Shown in pieces: positions 38,244 to 48,446 of a DNA stretch of 64,000 bases. A program made the position numbers and the translations under genes. Numbering within the stretch: the stretch's first letter is position 1; each line of letters opens with the position of its first letter. Below the pieces are notes generated by a model. That model did not search any database and was not told the origin of the DNA. It was given only the letters and a program-made list of their open reading frames with translations. Source of the DNA: Gammaproteobacteria bacterium (GTDB taxonomy: Bacteria; Actinomycetota; Acidimicrobiia; Spongiisociales; UBA4744); the NCBI GenBank assembly GCA_011682695.1, contig JAACED010000005.1, positions 2,488-66,487 of the forward strand, read 5' to 3'.

Positions 38244-39301
38244 AACCGGAGCAGGCGAGTTCCGTCCGTGTCGGAGAAGAGTTCGACGTCGATGCCCTGC
38301 AGCGGTGGCTGTCTTCTCGTTTTCCCGAGTTGAGCGGACCGATCGAGGTCTCCCAGTTCCCATCGGGTCACTCGAACCTCACGTACCTGCTCGGCATCGG
38401 AGATCACCAACTGGTCCTGCGCCGCCCCCCGTTCGGAGCACGTGTCAAGTCCGGTCATGACATGAGCCGTGAGTACCGCATCCTCAGCCATCTGCGACCG
38501 GTCTGGCCCAAAGTGCCGGAGCCGATCGCCTTCTGTGAGGACCCTTCGATTCTCGGAGCGCCCTTCTACCTGATGGAGCGAGTGGACGGCATCATCCTTC
38601 GCGGTGGGACTCCACCGCCGGATGCTCCGACGATGCGTCGCATCTGTGAAGCTTTCGTGGAGACGTTGGCGCAGGTCCACGGCATCGATGTCGTCGGCGC
38701 CGGGCTCGAGATGCTCGGCCGTCCCGGCGGCTATGTCGAACGTCAGGTCAACGGCTGGTCTCGCCGTTGGAACGATGCAATGATCGAACCCGTGGCGTCG
38801 ATCGACCAGACGATCACATGGCTCGCGGCGAACCGACCGTCCGAGACGGGTGCCGTACTCATTCACAATGATTTCAAACTCGACAACCTCGTTCTCGACC
38901 CCGACGATCCGAGTCGCGTGCGCGCAGTCCTCGATTGGGAGATGGCAACGCTTGGCGATCCACTCATGGATCTGGGATCCAGTCTCGCCTATTGGGCGGA
39001 GCCGGGCGATCCTCCTGCGTTGAGGAACATAGCGGGAGGACCGACAACGGCACCCGGGAGCAGCACCCGTGTCGAGATTGCAGAACGCTACGCAGGGATC
39101 AGGGGCATCGATATCGAGCAGCTGATGTTCTACTACGTGTTCGGGTTGTTCAAACTGGCCGTGATCGCTCAGCAGATCTACTACCGATACCACCACGGGT
39201 TCACGCACGACGAACGATTCGCCGCGTTCGGAGCGGGAGTGGCCATGCTTGGTGATGTTGCGCAGCAGGCCATTGTCAGCGGGGAGATCTCGCGGAGTTG
39301 A
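38240..39301 (+). CDS. APH/choline kinase-like phosphotransferase
   Basis: GHSNLTY, VLRRPP, HDMSREY, HNDFKLDN and LDWEMATLGDP; ATGA overlap with the ACAD gene. Confidence 0.92.
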   Translation: MKPEQASSVRVGEEFDVDALQRWLSSRFPELSGPIEVSQFPSGHSNLTYLLGIGDHQLVLRRPPFGARVKSGHDMSREYRILSHLRPVWPKVPEPIAFCEDPSILGAPFYLMERVDGIILRGGTPPPDAPTMRRICEAFVETLAQVHGIDVVGAGLEMLGRPGGYVERQVNGWSRRWNDAMIEPVASIDQTITWLAANRPSETGAVLIHNDFKLDNLVLDPDDPSRVRAVLDWEMATLGDPLMDLGSSLAYWAEPGDPPALRNIAGGPTTAPGSSTRVEIAERYAGIRGIDIEQLMFYYVFGLFKLAVIAQQIYYRYHHGFTHDERFAAFGAGVAMLGDVAQQAIVSGEISRS

Positions 39302-41000
39302 TCAGCGCAAACAGCGCCGGTCGGGGGTTGCATCGGCGGTCGATGAGGCCGTGACGGCGGTAGTAGCCGCGGTCGTGGTCCATGAAGCCGTCGAGGAACA
39401 TCGGAACGTCAGGATGTCGCAGCCTTACAGTCAACGCCTCGGTGGCCAGGCGTGCGATGTATCCGTCGTCGTCGAATACGCCGCTTTCGTCACCGCGGGG
39501 CATCTCGATGCTCATCGATGCTCCGACGCCGATCGTCCGAGCCGTCTGGATGGCCATGGACACGGCTTCCGCGACGGGGTGTCCGGGAGCGGCCCGGTAG
39601 ACGAAATCCTCGAATACATCTGCGGCCCCTGCATCCACGAAGTGGGAAAGGAGATCATCGGCGCGCGGATCGAATCCGTGTGTGACGAAGTGCTGGACAT
39701 CGCCTGATCCGATCGGGACGATGGGGGCGAGGGCCCTGGGAACCGGAGATGGGCCGAGGCTCGAGAGCACGGTTTCGATCTGGTCCGGTTGGACGATGAT
39801 CTCCCAGCGGACGACGGCAGGTGCGCTCTCGTCGATGGCACTTGCGATAGCGACATCGGGTACTCCCGCCGAGAAGACGGTAAAACGCATGCCCAGCCGG
39901 GCGAGATCGTTGATGCGCCGGCGTCGCTCGGCATGCATGATGTCTTCTGCCGGAATGCGAACGTCGGAGATTCTCGACTCCCTGAGGGCAAGCAGGGGGT
40001 AGTCGTTACGAACCATCTTTCGCACGAAGGGATCGAGCCCATCGGTCGGAAAACCGACCGTTGCCATCCAGTCGTGGCGCAGTGTGACTCCGATCGGGCA
40101 GGTCCAGTCCGACGCAGCCGACGTTTTGGCCGGCACAGGAAGGGAAGCGCTGCCGGTGTTTCCGTACGTGCGGACCGGCCGAACGGCATGCCCATCGGAG
40201 GTGACCTCGACGATGAAGAATCCCAGTTTCGCGCGGTCGTCGCGTCCCGCTTCTGCTTCAGGCGGGATCGCCGCCAGCTCCGAGTAGTCCGGTCTCACGA
40301 AACCCGTCGATGGGAGAGTGTAGAAGTCACAATGGTGACGGTTGTACAGGAAGTTGTGCACGTGGCCGGAGAACCAGGCTTCGACGGAGTGGCGTTCGAT
40401 CAGATCGATGAGCCAGGATCTGGCCGGCTCTGCAAGGTTGTCGTAGTTCTCGGCCTCGTTTGGGTCGCGGATGAACGGCGGATAGTGGCTGAACAGGAAG
40501 ATGCGCCGTCCCGCCGCTGCGGTGAGATCGTTCTCCAGCCATCGGCGTTGCCGATGTTCTCTCTCGAGTCCCGAGTTGAGGATCGGAGTGTCGATGAGCA
40601 CGAAGTGACAGCCACCGTGGTCGAACGACCCGTAGGCAGGCCCCCAGTACCGTTCGAAGACTTCGTAGGCGGTGTCGCGTACCTGGGGGACCGCGACGTG
40701 TGGATTCGGCTTGTCACCGACGTCGTGGTTCCCGGGCAGATGACGCACGGGAACCTCGATGCCTCGGTAGAGGTCGGCGGCGAGGCGTACGGCGGCTTCG
40801 TGTCCGGCTTCGACCGGAAGGGGATGGACGATGTCTCCCAGGTGAATGACGAACGAAGGTTTCAGCCGATTGATCAGATCGACTACGAACCGGTTGCGTT
40901 CCAGCATGGCACCGTCAGAGGGGTACCCGCCGGAGTCCTCTCGGCGGATGTGGGAGTCGGCGATGACGGCAAACCGAAATGTCGACGGGGGAGCGCTCAA
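39276..41000 (-). CDS. Calcineurin-like metallophosphoesterase with ~300-aa C-terminal extension
   Basis: IADSH, HLGD, PGNHDVG, FSHYP and SGHVH. Confidence 0.87.
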   Translation of the reverse strand: MSAPPSTFRFAVIADSHIRREDSGGYPSDGAMLERNRFVVDLINRLKPSFVIHLGDIVHPLPVEAGHEAAVRLAADLYRGIEVPVRHLPGNHDVGDKPNPHVAVPQVRDTAYEVFERYWGPAYGSFDHGGCHFVLIDTPILNSGLEREHRQRRWLENDLTAAAGRRIFLFSHYPPFIRDPNEAENYDNLAEPARSWLIDLIERHSVEAWFSGHVHNFLYNRHHCDFYTLPSTGFVRPDYSELAAIPPEAEAGRDDRAKLGFFIVEVTSDGHAVRPVRTYGNTGSASLPVPAKTSAASDWTCPIGVTLRHDWMATVGFPTDGLDPFVRKMVRNDYPLLALRESRISDVRIPAEDIMHAERRRRINDLARLGMRFTVFSAGVPDVAIASAIDESAPAVVRWEIIVQPDQIETVLSSLGPSPVPRALAPIVPIGSGDVQHFVTHGFDPRADDLLSHFVDAGAADVFEDFVYRAAPGHPVAEAVSMAIQTARTIGVGASMSIEMPRGDESGVFDDDGYIARLATEALTVRLRHPDVPMFLDGFMDHDRGYYRRHGLIDRRCNPRPALFALINSARSPR

Positions 41001-41443
41001 CGCGAGCTCTCATCCCTCACGTTCGGTCCCTCGTATCGCGCCACTCGACCTCCAGAGCGCGCCACGAGAAGCAACGGGCATGTCCATGGATGGGAGTCCA
41101 TGGAGTCCACAGCACGAACCAACGCCTCACGTGAGATGATCTCGGGTCCCTTCACTGCGATCAGGGTGGATCGGTCGACGCCGTGGAGGACCTGATTTCC
41201 GTGCACTCTCTTGATCGCCTCGGTGGCAGCCACGTAGCCTGCGAGTGCGTCGATATCCTGAGATGCGAACTGTTCGAGCATGTCATCGATTCTCTCGATC
41301 GTCGCATTGTCCGGGAACGGTCCATCCACGAACACCAGCGTGTCGATATCGGGCGACAGCTGGGCCAGGCGTTGTAGGAGGGTGGGCGCATGCACTTGAA
41401 GTGTGGGGCCTGCGAAGCGACCGCCCATGACAGCGAAGACCAT
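40997..41443 (-). CDS. Degenerate IspD-like protein lacking the N-terminal nucleotide-binding loop
   Basis: TEAIKRV...VDRSTLIAVKGPE resembles IspD DTIK...DR..L..VQTPQ; GAAGGA RBS; 4-bp overlap with the phosphoesterase; start uncertain. Confidence 0.55.
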   Translation of the reverse strand: MVFAVMGGRFAGPTLQVHAPTLLQRLAQLSPDIDTLVFVDGPFPDNATIERIDDMLEQFASQDIDALAGYVAATEAIKRVHGNQVLHGVDRSTLIAVKGPEIISREALVRAVDSMDSHPWTCPLLLVARSGGRVARYEGPNVRDESSR

Positions 41444-41593
41444 GACGTGTCCTTCGTCCGCCCACAGTCCGAGTTGGCGGGAATCGAAGGGGCGTAACAT
41501 GTGTGGGCTTGTGACAGGTGGGAATCGCATGGAGCCAACTAGTGTAGAGCGTGTTCCATCGGATGCCTCTTTGCTAGTGCCGGGTGAACGCGA

Positions 41594-42319
41594 ATGATGA
41601 CTGCCGCCATTCTCCTCGCCGGAGGGTCCGGTTCCAGGGCAAGGATCGACGTCAACAAGGTGTACCTCCCCATCCGAGGACGTCCAATGTTGGCCTATTC
41701 GCTCGACACGATGGGCAACTCCGAAGCAGTGGACATGATTGTGCTCGTGATCCGCGACGTAGATCGTGAGCAGGCAGAGCTGCTCGTGCAACAGAACGAG
41801 ACGGGAACGCCGACCAGGATTGTCGAAGGGGGTCGGACTCGCCAGGCGAGCGAATACGAGGGCCTGAAGGCTCTGACGGCTCGGATCGAATCCGGTGAGA
41901 TCGATTGCGTCGTCATTCATGACGGGGCGAGGCCCTTCATGTCCACCAAGCTCCTCGAACTCGTCATCGAACGCGCACGTAGCGATGGAGGAGCGATTCC
42001 CGGCTACGTTCCCGAGGAGCCTCTCTACGAGACGAAGGATGGGCTCATCGTGTCCCTCGCCGGCGAAGATCTTCGGAAGGTACAAACGCCCCAGGGTTTC
42101 CACGCGTTGCCGCTCCTTCACGCTTATCGACGTGCAGCGAGAGCTGGATTCGAGGGTGTTGACACCGCTGAGACCGTCGAGCGTTTCAGCGATCTCCCCA
42201 TTCGTTTCGTTCCGGGAGATCCCCGGAACATCAAGGTCACGTTCGTCGAGGACATCTTTGTCGCCGAGGATCTCGCGTACGACTGGCGTGACGGAAGCTG
42301 GGACGCCGACGGCGTGTGA
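41594..42319 (+). CDS. IspD/TarI family polyol-phosphate cytidylyltransferase
   Basis: LLAGGSGSR...NKVY, IHDGARP, VQTPQGF and NIKVTFVED. Confidence 0.9.
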   Translation: MMTAAILLAGGSGSRARIDVNKVYLPIRGRPMLAYSLDTMGNSEAVDMIVLVIRDVDREQAELLVQQNETGTPTRIVEGGRTRQASEYEGLKALTARIESGEIDCVVIHDGARPFMSTKLLELVIERARSDGGAIPGYVPEEPLYETKDGLIVSLAGEDLRKVQTPQGFHALPLLHAYRRAARAGFEGVDTAETVERFSDLPIRFVPGDPRNIKVTFVEDIFVAEDLAYDWRDGSWDADGV

Positions 42320-42320
42320 G

Positions 42321-42345
42321 CAATTGTGATACTATGTCACAATTG
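42321..42345. promoter_or_regulatory. Palindromic operator overlapping the -10 box of the SorC-type regulator
   Basis: caattgtga-tactatg-tcacaattg (9-bp arms) ending at the GTG start. Confidence 0.6.
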
Positions 42346-43289
42346 TGATTCCCGAGTCGGTAAACCGCCGTCGTCGTCTCGCAGAGGCTGCAGAGCGCTA
42401 CTACATCGATGGCTGGTCGCAGGATCGTATCGCCCACCACTTGGGTACCAGCCGATCCAACGTGTCTCGTCTGCTCGAAGCTGCACGTCGGGAGGGCGTG
42501 ATCCGGTTTGTGATCGATCATCCGCTGCGGCGCCATCGATCACTGGAGCAGGAGCTCGTTCAGCGTTTCGGGATACGCGAGGCAATAGTGCTGGTTGCGG
42601 GCGGTGACACGCTTGCTTCGGTTGGGCGTCTTGCTGCCGAGTGGCTCGTGGATCATGTTGCCGATGGCGATCGCATCGCCATCGGGTGGGGGCGCAGCGT
42701 CGAGGCAACCGTCGCCAACGTTGCGGTCGAGCAGCCGCGCGACGTCGAGGTCGTGCAAGTCGGAGGCGATCTGACCATGGCGCCGGCTTCGTCGGGCCAC
42801 GAACTCGTTCGGATGCTGGCCGAGGCGCTGGGCGGTCGCCACCGTTTCCTGCACGCGCCTGCCCTCGTCGAGGATGAGACGGTCGCCGACGAGCTCCTTT
42901 CCGACCCCAGGATACGAATAGAACTCCAGCTCGCTCGTTCGGCCGATATCGCGTTGGTCGGCATAGGCATACCTGGAGAGGGCTTCGCGGAACGAGCCAT
43001 CGCCGACAGCTATCAGGGATTGATGAAACCGGAAGCGGTGGTCTGTGCTCGCCTCATCGACCAGGACGGGGAAGAACTCCAGGGGCCGCTCAGCCGTCGG
43101 GTGATCGCATTGACTCTCGACCAACTACAAGCGATTCCCTGTGTCGTCGGTGTCGCTGCCGGGGTGGCAAAGGGCCAAGCGATAGCAGCGTCCCTGGCCG
43201 GTGGACTTCTCGACGTCCTGGTATGTGATCAACCGGCAGCGGCGGCGGCACTCCACGACGACGCGGCCCGCAGTCATGTGAGGGAATGA
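42345..43289 (+). CDS. SorC/LsrR-family sugar-binding transcriptional regulator
   Basis: YYIDGWSQDRIA.HLGTSRSNVSRLL HTH, IGWGRS, ALVGIG and G.AKGQAI. Confidence 0.92.
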   Translation: MIPESVNRRRRLAEAAERYYIDGWSQDRIAHHLGTSRSNVSRLLEAARREGVIRFVIDHPLRRHRSLEQELVQRFGIREAIVLVAGGDTLASVGRLAAEWLVDHVADGDRIAIGWGRSVEATVANVAVEQPRDVEVVQVGGDLTMAPASSGHELVRMLAEALGGRHRFLHAPALVEDETVADELLSDPRIRIELQLARSADIALVGIGIPGEGFAERAIADSYQGLMKPEAVVCARLIDQDGEELQGPLSRRVIALTLDQLQAIPCVVGVAAGVAKGQAIAASLAGGLLDVLVCDQPAAAAALHDDAARSHVRE

Positions 43290-44266
43290 GTATGGCAAGA
43301 AAGGATCCAACCGATTCTGCGCAGGCGGCCGATGTTCTCAAGGGCATGTGGTCGATACGAGTCTTTGAAGAAGCCGTCGAAGAGCTGTTCTCGAGAGGGC
43401 TCCTGCACGGCACGATGCATCTCACGATCGGCCAAGAGGCCGTGGCGGAAGGGGTCTGTGACGCTCTCGACGAGGGAGACTTCATCACTTCGACACACCG
43501 AGGCCACGGCCACGCCCTCGCCCACGGAGCGGACCCCGAGCGAATGCTGGCCGAACTCCTGATGAAGGATACGGGATACTGTCGAGGCCGAGGCGGCTCG
43601 ATGCACATCGCGGATGTAGACAGCGGGAACCTCGGCGCCAACGGAATTGTCGCCGGATCGATGACCATTGCCACCGGTGCGGCTCTCTCGCAGCGATTAC
43701 AGGAGACCGGCAAGGTTGTCGTCTGTTTTTTCGGTGACGGTGCTGCAAACGAAGGTGCGTTCCACGAGGCGCTCAATCTCGCCTCGATCTGGTCCCTTCC
43801 ACTCGTTTTCGCCTGCGAGAACAACCAGTACGGAATGTCCATGGCCCAGGAGAAGTCAACGGCCGGAGGGTCGGTGGCGAATCGAGCGTCTGCATACGGC
43901 ATGCCTGGTGTCCAGGTGAATGGCAACGACGTGGTCGAGGTGTTCGAGAATGCAAGAGAAGCGGTGGAACACGCCCGTTCGGGCGAGGGCCCGAGCCTGC
44001 TGGAATTCGTCACCTACCGGTACAGGGGCCATTCGAAGTCGGATCGTAACCTCTACAGAACACAGCAGGAAATCGACCAATGGCGCAGTACGAAAGATCC
44101 GCTCATGCTCTACGAGCAGCGTCTGCGCTCACTTGGTTGGCTTGATGACGAGGAAATCGCAGCTGCGCAGCTGGCGGCTCGTGAGCGAATACGAGAGGCG
44201 GTAGTGGCTGCATACAAAGCACCTCCTGCGCTCGTAGACGACTTGGAGGGAGCCGCGTATGCCTGA
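43286..44266 (+). CDS. TPP-dependent dehydrogenase E1 alpha (AcoA/PdhA-like)
   Basis: HLTIGQEA, STHRGHG, GRGGSMH, FGDGAANEG...ENN and YRYRGHS. Confidence 0.93.
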   Translation: MSMARKDPTDSAQAADVLKGMWSIRVFEEAVEELFSRGLLHGTMHLTIGQEAVAEGVCDALDEGDFITSTHRGHGHALAHGADPERMLAELLMKDTGYCRGRGGSMHIADVDSGNLGANGIVAGSMTIATGAALSQRLQETGKVVVCFFGDGAANEGAFHEALNLASIWSLPLVFACENNQYGMSMAQEKSTAGGSVANRASAYGMPGVQVNGNDVVEVFENAREAVEHARSGEGPSLLEFVTYRYRGHSKSDRNLYRTQQEIDQWRSTKDPLMLYEQRLRSLGWLDDEEIAAAQLAARERIREAVVAAYKAPPALVDDLEGAAYA

Positions 44267-45254
44267 GACGAGCTCATACGCGAGAGCTGTCGGAGCCGCA
44301 CTCCGATTGCTGCTGACCGAGGACCCCCGTGTGTTCCTCGCCGGGGAAGACATCGGCGTGTACGGCGGGGCCTTTGGCATCACCGACGGACTTGTCCAGG
44401 AGTTTGGAGAGGACAGAGTCCGGGATACGCCGATATCTGAGGAGGCCATCATCGGGCTCGCGGTGGGCGCCGCCATTACGGGACTGAGACCGGTCGTGGA
44501 GATTCAGTTCTTCGATTTCATCGTGAACGCGATGGACCCCCTTGTGAATCAGGCGGCGAAGCTCCACTTCATGTATGGGGGACATGTCGACGTCCCGATG
44601 GTCGTGCGAACAGCCGGAGGTGGGGGTACCGGGGCCGCGGCTCAACACAGCCAAAGCCTCGAGGCTTGGTTTGCGCATGTCCCGGGACTGAAGGTCGTGC
44701 TGCCCGCCACTCCTCAAGACGCGTATGACCTGCTGTTGGCGTCGGTGTTGGATCCCAATCCGGTGGTGTTCGTCGAACACAAGCTGCTGTACAAGACCGA
44801 AGGTCCTTTCGAGTCGAGAGCCCACATTGCCGAGACGCCCGCGCGAATCGGTGAAGCCAAGGTCATCCGTCCCGGCACCGATCTGACGATCGCCGCATAC
44901 TCGATCATGACGGTCAAGGCGTTGGAGGCAGCGGAGAGACTTGCCGACGCCGGCATCGACGCGGAAGTCGTCGACCTGCGAACGGTGCGGCCACTCGACA
45001 TCAAAACCGTCCGTGGGTCGGTGAAGAAGACGGGGAGACTCCTCGTCAGTCACGAGGCGCCGACCGCCGTGGGTGTCGGCGCAGAAGTCGTTGCAGGGGT
45101 GGTCGAATCCGACGCGCTCGACTACCTCCTTGCTCCGGTACGGCGTGTGTGTGGGAAAGACAACCCGATGCCGTATGCCAAGGAACTGGAACGAGCGACG
45201 ATTCCTCAGGTCGATGACATCGAGAAGGCGGCCAAGGAGCTGATGAACGCATGA
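44259..45254 (+). CDS. TPP-dependent dehydrogenase E1 beta (AcoB/PdhB-like)
   Basis: GEDIG.YGG, DTPISE, RPVVEIQF, AQHSQ and DLRTVRPLD. Confidence 0.93.
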   Translation: MPETSSYARAVGAALRLLLTEDPRVFLAGEDIGVYGGAFGITDGLVQEFGEDRVRDTPISEEAIIGLAVGAAITGLRPVVEIQFFDFIVNAMDPLVNQAAKLHFMYGGHVDVPMVVRTAGGGGTGAAAQHSQSLEAWFAHVPGLKVVLPATPQDAYDLLLASVLDPNPVVFVEHKLLYKTEGPFESRAHIAETPARIGEAKVIRPGTDLTIAAYSIMTVKALEAAERLADAGIDAEVVDLRTVRPLDIKTVRGSVKKTGRLLVSHEAPTAVGVGAEVVAGVVESDALDYLLAPVRRVCGKDNPMPYAKELERATIPQVDDIEKAAKELMNA

Positions 45255-46423
45255 GCGGCGAGAACATCCTCGAGATTCGCCTGCCTGCCATGACCGCAAC
45301 CATGGAACAGGCAACCATCCTTCAGTGGTTGGTCGCCCCCGGTGATCACGTGTCGGAAGGTCGACCGATTGCCGACGTATCGACGGACAAGGTGGATATG
45401 GAGCTGGTGTCTCCGTATGAAGGGACGGTGGTCGAGTTGCTGGTGGAACCCGGCACGGTCGTTCCGCTGGGCGCAACCATTGCCACCATTGCATCCGCGA
45501 CCGGTGATCTGCTCGCCGGATTGGATCTGACCGAGTACGAGCCGTCACCGCCTGCGTCCCCAGAGACTTCTTACGGCATCGTGCCGGCATCGCCACCGGC
45601 GCGACTGCTCGCCCGGCAACTCGGTGTCGATTTGTCCGAGGTCGAGCCCACGGGGGCACGTGGCCAAGTGACCTCGGTCGACGTGAAGGCGTTCGCTCGG
45701 CGAGGTGAGGCCCATCCTGGCGAACGTGCCGACCGTGTCCCTGAGCAAACATCTGCACCATCCCAGAGCTCGCCGATGCCGGTCGATACCGCGAGGGAGC
45801 TCTCGGTGCGCCGGGCCACTGCCGAGATCATGAGCAGGTCCGCGGCAATCCCTCAATTCACGCTGTATCGCACGATCGTTCTCGATCGCACTGCAGCGCG
45901 CAAAGGAGATCACAGTTGGACGACCGAACTCGTGAGGGCACTCGCTGCCGCATTGCGAGAGCATCCCGAGGTGAACAGCCGATGGGATGATCAGCAGCGC
46001 CAACCTGTGCCGTGTGAGGCGGTGCGAGTGGGAGTGGCGATCGACCGGCCGCACGTGGGACTGATCGTTGCTGCGATATCTGATCCTGACACTGTCGATC
46101 CGGACGAGGCCGATCGCATCGTGCGTTCGACCCTCGATCGCGTCCGGGGCGGTTCGCCCAGCCGAGAAGACATGGCGCAGCCTTCGATCACCCTCTCGAA
46201 CCTCGGTGGTCTCGGGATCGACTCGTTCGCCGCTCTGGTCTTCCCACCCCAATCTGCGATCCTGTCGGTGGGGAGCATTCGGATGCGGCCGGTGGCAACG
46301 ACGGACGGTGCGGTGAAAGCAGCGCTCACGTGCGAAGTCGGACTCACGATCGACCATAGGGTCGCCGATGGAGCCGATGGCGCAAGGTTCCTCGCAACGT
46401 TCGCTCGGTATCTCGAGGGTTGA
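45251..46423 (+). CDS. Dihydrolipoamide acyltransferase E2
   Basis: Lipoyl STDKV, E3-binding ASPPAR.LA..LGVDL, SNLG and DHRVADG. Confidence 0.92.
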   Translation: MSGENILEIRLPAMTATMEQATILQWLVAPGDHVSEGRPIADVSTDKVDMELVSPYEGTVVELLVEPGTVVPLGATIATIASATGDLLAGLDLTEYEPSPPASPETSYGIVPASPPARLLARQLGVDLSEVEPTGARGQVTSVDVKAFARRGEAHPGERADRVPEQTSAPSQSSPMPVDTARELSVRRATAEIMSRSAAIPQFTLYRTIVLDRTAARKGDHSWTTELVRALAAALREHPEVNSRWDDQQRQPVPCEAVRVGVAIDRPHVGLIVAAISDPDTVDPDEADRIVRSTLDRVRGGSPSREDMAQPSITLSNLGGLGIDSFAALVFPPQSAILSVGSIRMRPVATTDGAVKAALTCEVGLTIDHRVADGADGARFLATFARYLEG

Positions 46424-46464
46424 TCCTGCCCGCAAACGTGCAGGCCTTCGTGCCGGTCATCCGG

Positions 46465-48177
46465 TCAGGATGGAACGGCTCTCATCAGGATGTCTCTCAC
46501 TTCAGCGGTCGAGGACGCCTGCAGGCAGCGGTCGGCAACTGTCCTGGCGGCATCCGTGGACCATGACCGGATACGGTCTTTCACCACACTGATCGACGGT
46601 GGGTTCATGGACCATTCGTCGAGGCCAAGCCCCAGCAGTATGGGAACCGCCACGGGATCTCCGGCCATTTCTCCACACAGTCCAACCCATTTCCCGTGCG
46701 CGTGGGCAGCTTCGATGACCATCTGGATCAGGCGCAGAACTGCTGGATGGAGGGGGTCGGCGATTGTCGCGACCGCTGCATTGGTTCGATCGACCGCCAA
46801 CGTGTATTGCGTGAGATCATTGGTGCCGATCGAGAAGAAATCGAGCCGGGAGGCAAGTGCACCAGCGATCAGTGCCGCCGAGGGCACTTCGATCATGATC
46901 CCGATTTCGAAGGAAGCAGCCCGTTCTATGCCGCGGCTGTCGAGCGCGGCCGCTGCTGCGCCGACTGCCGCTCGTGCGGCCTCGACTTCGGCCAAGGTGG
47001 CCACCATCGGGAACATGATCTTCAGATTGCCATGGACCCCGGCACGCAGCAGGGCTCGGAGTTGCTTCTGGAAGAGATCGCGTTCCGCCAAGGTCAGGCG
47101 GATTCCCCGCTTGCCGAGAAACGGGTTCAGCTCGTTCTCGAGATTGATGCCGGGCACCTGCTTGTCGCCGCCCACGTCGAGAGTTCTCACTACCACCGGG
47201 CGGTCGCCGAACAGTTCAAGAATCGACCGATAGGCCTCGTACTGCTCATCTTCCGTGGGGAGAGTTCCCCGATCGATGAACAGGAACTCGGTCCGAAGCA
47301 ATCCCACACCCTCGGCTCCCGACCGATCGGCGCGCTCGGCATCTGCGACGCTGCCGATGTTCGCCACCACTTCCTGGCGATGTCCGTCCACGGTGACCGC
47401 CGGCTCTGAGGCGCGTGCGGCAGCAACCGTGAGGAGTCGGGCCTGTCGTTCATACTGCTCACGCAGAGCGGCGAGCTGTTCTGTGTCGGGGTCGATGTAG
47501 AGAAGACCGGCATCACCATCCACCGCGACTGTTGTCCCGGTGGCAACGTCGAGGTTCGTGATTCCGACGATCGCCGGGATTCCCATCGACCGAGCCAGGA
47601 TCGCCGCATGGGAGGTGGCGCTGCCTTCTTTGGTGCAGAAAGCCAACGCCATTCCCTCAGGAAGTGACATCGTATCCGACGGTGTCAGATCGTCGGCGAT
47701 GACGACCGACGGCACGGTGATTTCCGACAATCCTTCGGAACCCAGTCCCATCAGTTCGCGCACGAGTTGTTGTCCGATGTCTCGCACGTCGATTGCTCGC
47801 TCGGCGAAGTAGTCGTCTCCGATGGATGCGAATTCATCAGCAAGTGCGGACGTGACCGCGACCACGGCAGCCTCGGCCGTGGTCGCCTCGGCGGCGATCA
47901 GGTCGGCGGCTTTCGCGGAGAGTGCCGGGTCGGCCAAGAACATTCGATGCACCTCGAATATCTCGGCGGCAGCATCTCCGGCGTGGTCGGCGGCGATCGC
48001 AACGAGCTCACTGAGGCGACGATCGACGGCTGCGATTGCGGCCAGCAGGCGCTCCTGCTCTCCAGGGATGTCATCGACGGGACCCTTGGGAATCTCGGGC
48101 GTCTCGGGTCGATAGACGAACGCTGGTCCGATGGCGATACCGCCGGCCGCCGGGATGCCGTGCATGATGCGGTTCAT
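46465..48177 (-). CDS. ptsI: PTS enzyme I
   Basis: DLTPSDT, TSHAAI, GLLRTEF, RTLDVGGDK, SIGTNDLTQY and CGEMAGD. Confidence 0.96.
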   Translation of the reverse strand: MNRIMHGIPAAGGIAIGPAFVYRPETPEIPKGPVDDIPGEQERLLAAIAAVDRRLSELVAIAADHAGDAAAEIFEVHRMFLADPALSAKAADLIAAEATTAEAAVVAVTSALADEFASIGDDYFAERAIDVRDIGQQLVRELMGLGSEGLSEITVPSVVIADDLTPSDTMSLPEGMALAFCTKEGSATSHAAILARSMGIPAIVGITNLDVATGTTVAVDGDAGLLYIDPDTEQLAALREQYERQARLLTVAAARASEPAVTVDGHRQEVVANIGSVADAERADRSGAEGVGLLRTEFLFIDRGTLPTEDEQYEAYRSILELFGDRPVVVRTLDVGGDKQVPGINLENELNPFLGKRGIRLTLAERDLFQKQLRALLRAGVHGNLKIMFPMVATLAEVEAARAAVGAAAAALDSRGIERAASFEIGIMIEVPSAALIAGALASRLDFFSIGTNDLTQYTLAVDRTNAAVATIADPLHPAVLRLIQMVIEAAHAHGKWVGLCGEMAGDPVAVPILLGLGLDEWSMNPPSISVVKDRIRSWSTDAARTVADRCLQASSTAEVRDILMRAVPS

Positions 48178-48446
48178 TCTTCGAAGTTACTCTCGACGAG
48201 TCGCTTGAGCGTTGAGATAGCTGCCTCCTCGTCGGGGCCGTCGGCTTGGATACGAACCTCATGGTTCTTCGCTACCGCGATCCTGAATACGGAGATGATG
48301 CTCTTCGCATCAACGGGATCACTCCCACGAGTGAGATTGGTGAGGGTGATCGAGCTGTCGAACCCTTGGGCGGCCTTGACGAATATCGCGGCCGGGCGCG
48401 CGTGTAGCCCAACTTCATGCCTGACGACGACTGTGGTCTCAACCAT
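48174..48446 (-). CDS. ptsH: Phosphocarrier protein HPr
   Basis: GLHARPAA (His15), DAKSI (Ser46) and ADGPDE. Confidence 0.95.
   Translation of the reverse strand: MVETTVVVRHEVGLHARPAAIFVKAAQGFDSSITLTNLTRGSDPVDAKSIISVFRIAVAKNHEVRIQADGPDEEAAISTLKRLVESNFEE

Noticed and set aside
42325..42341. CRP site (TGTGA...TCACA)
   Set aside because: Spacer is 7 nt rather than the canonical 6
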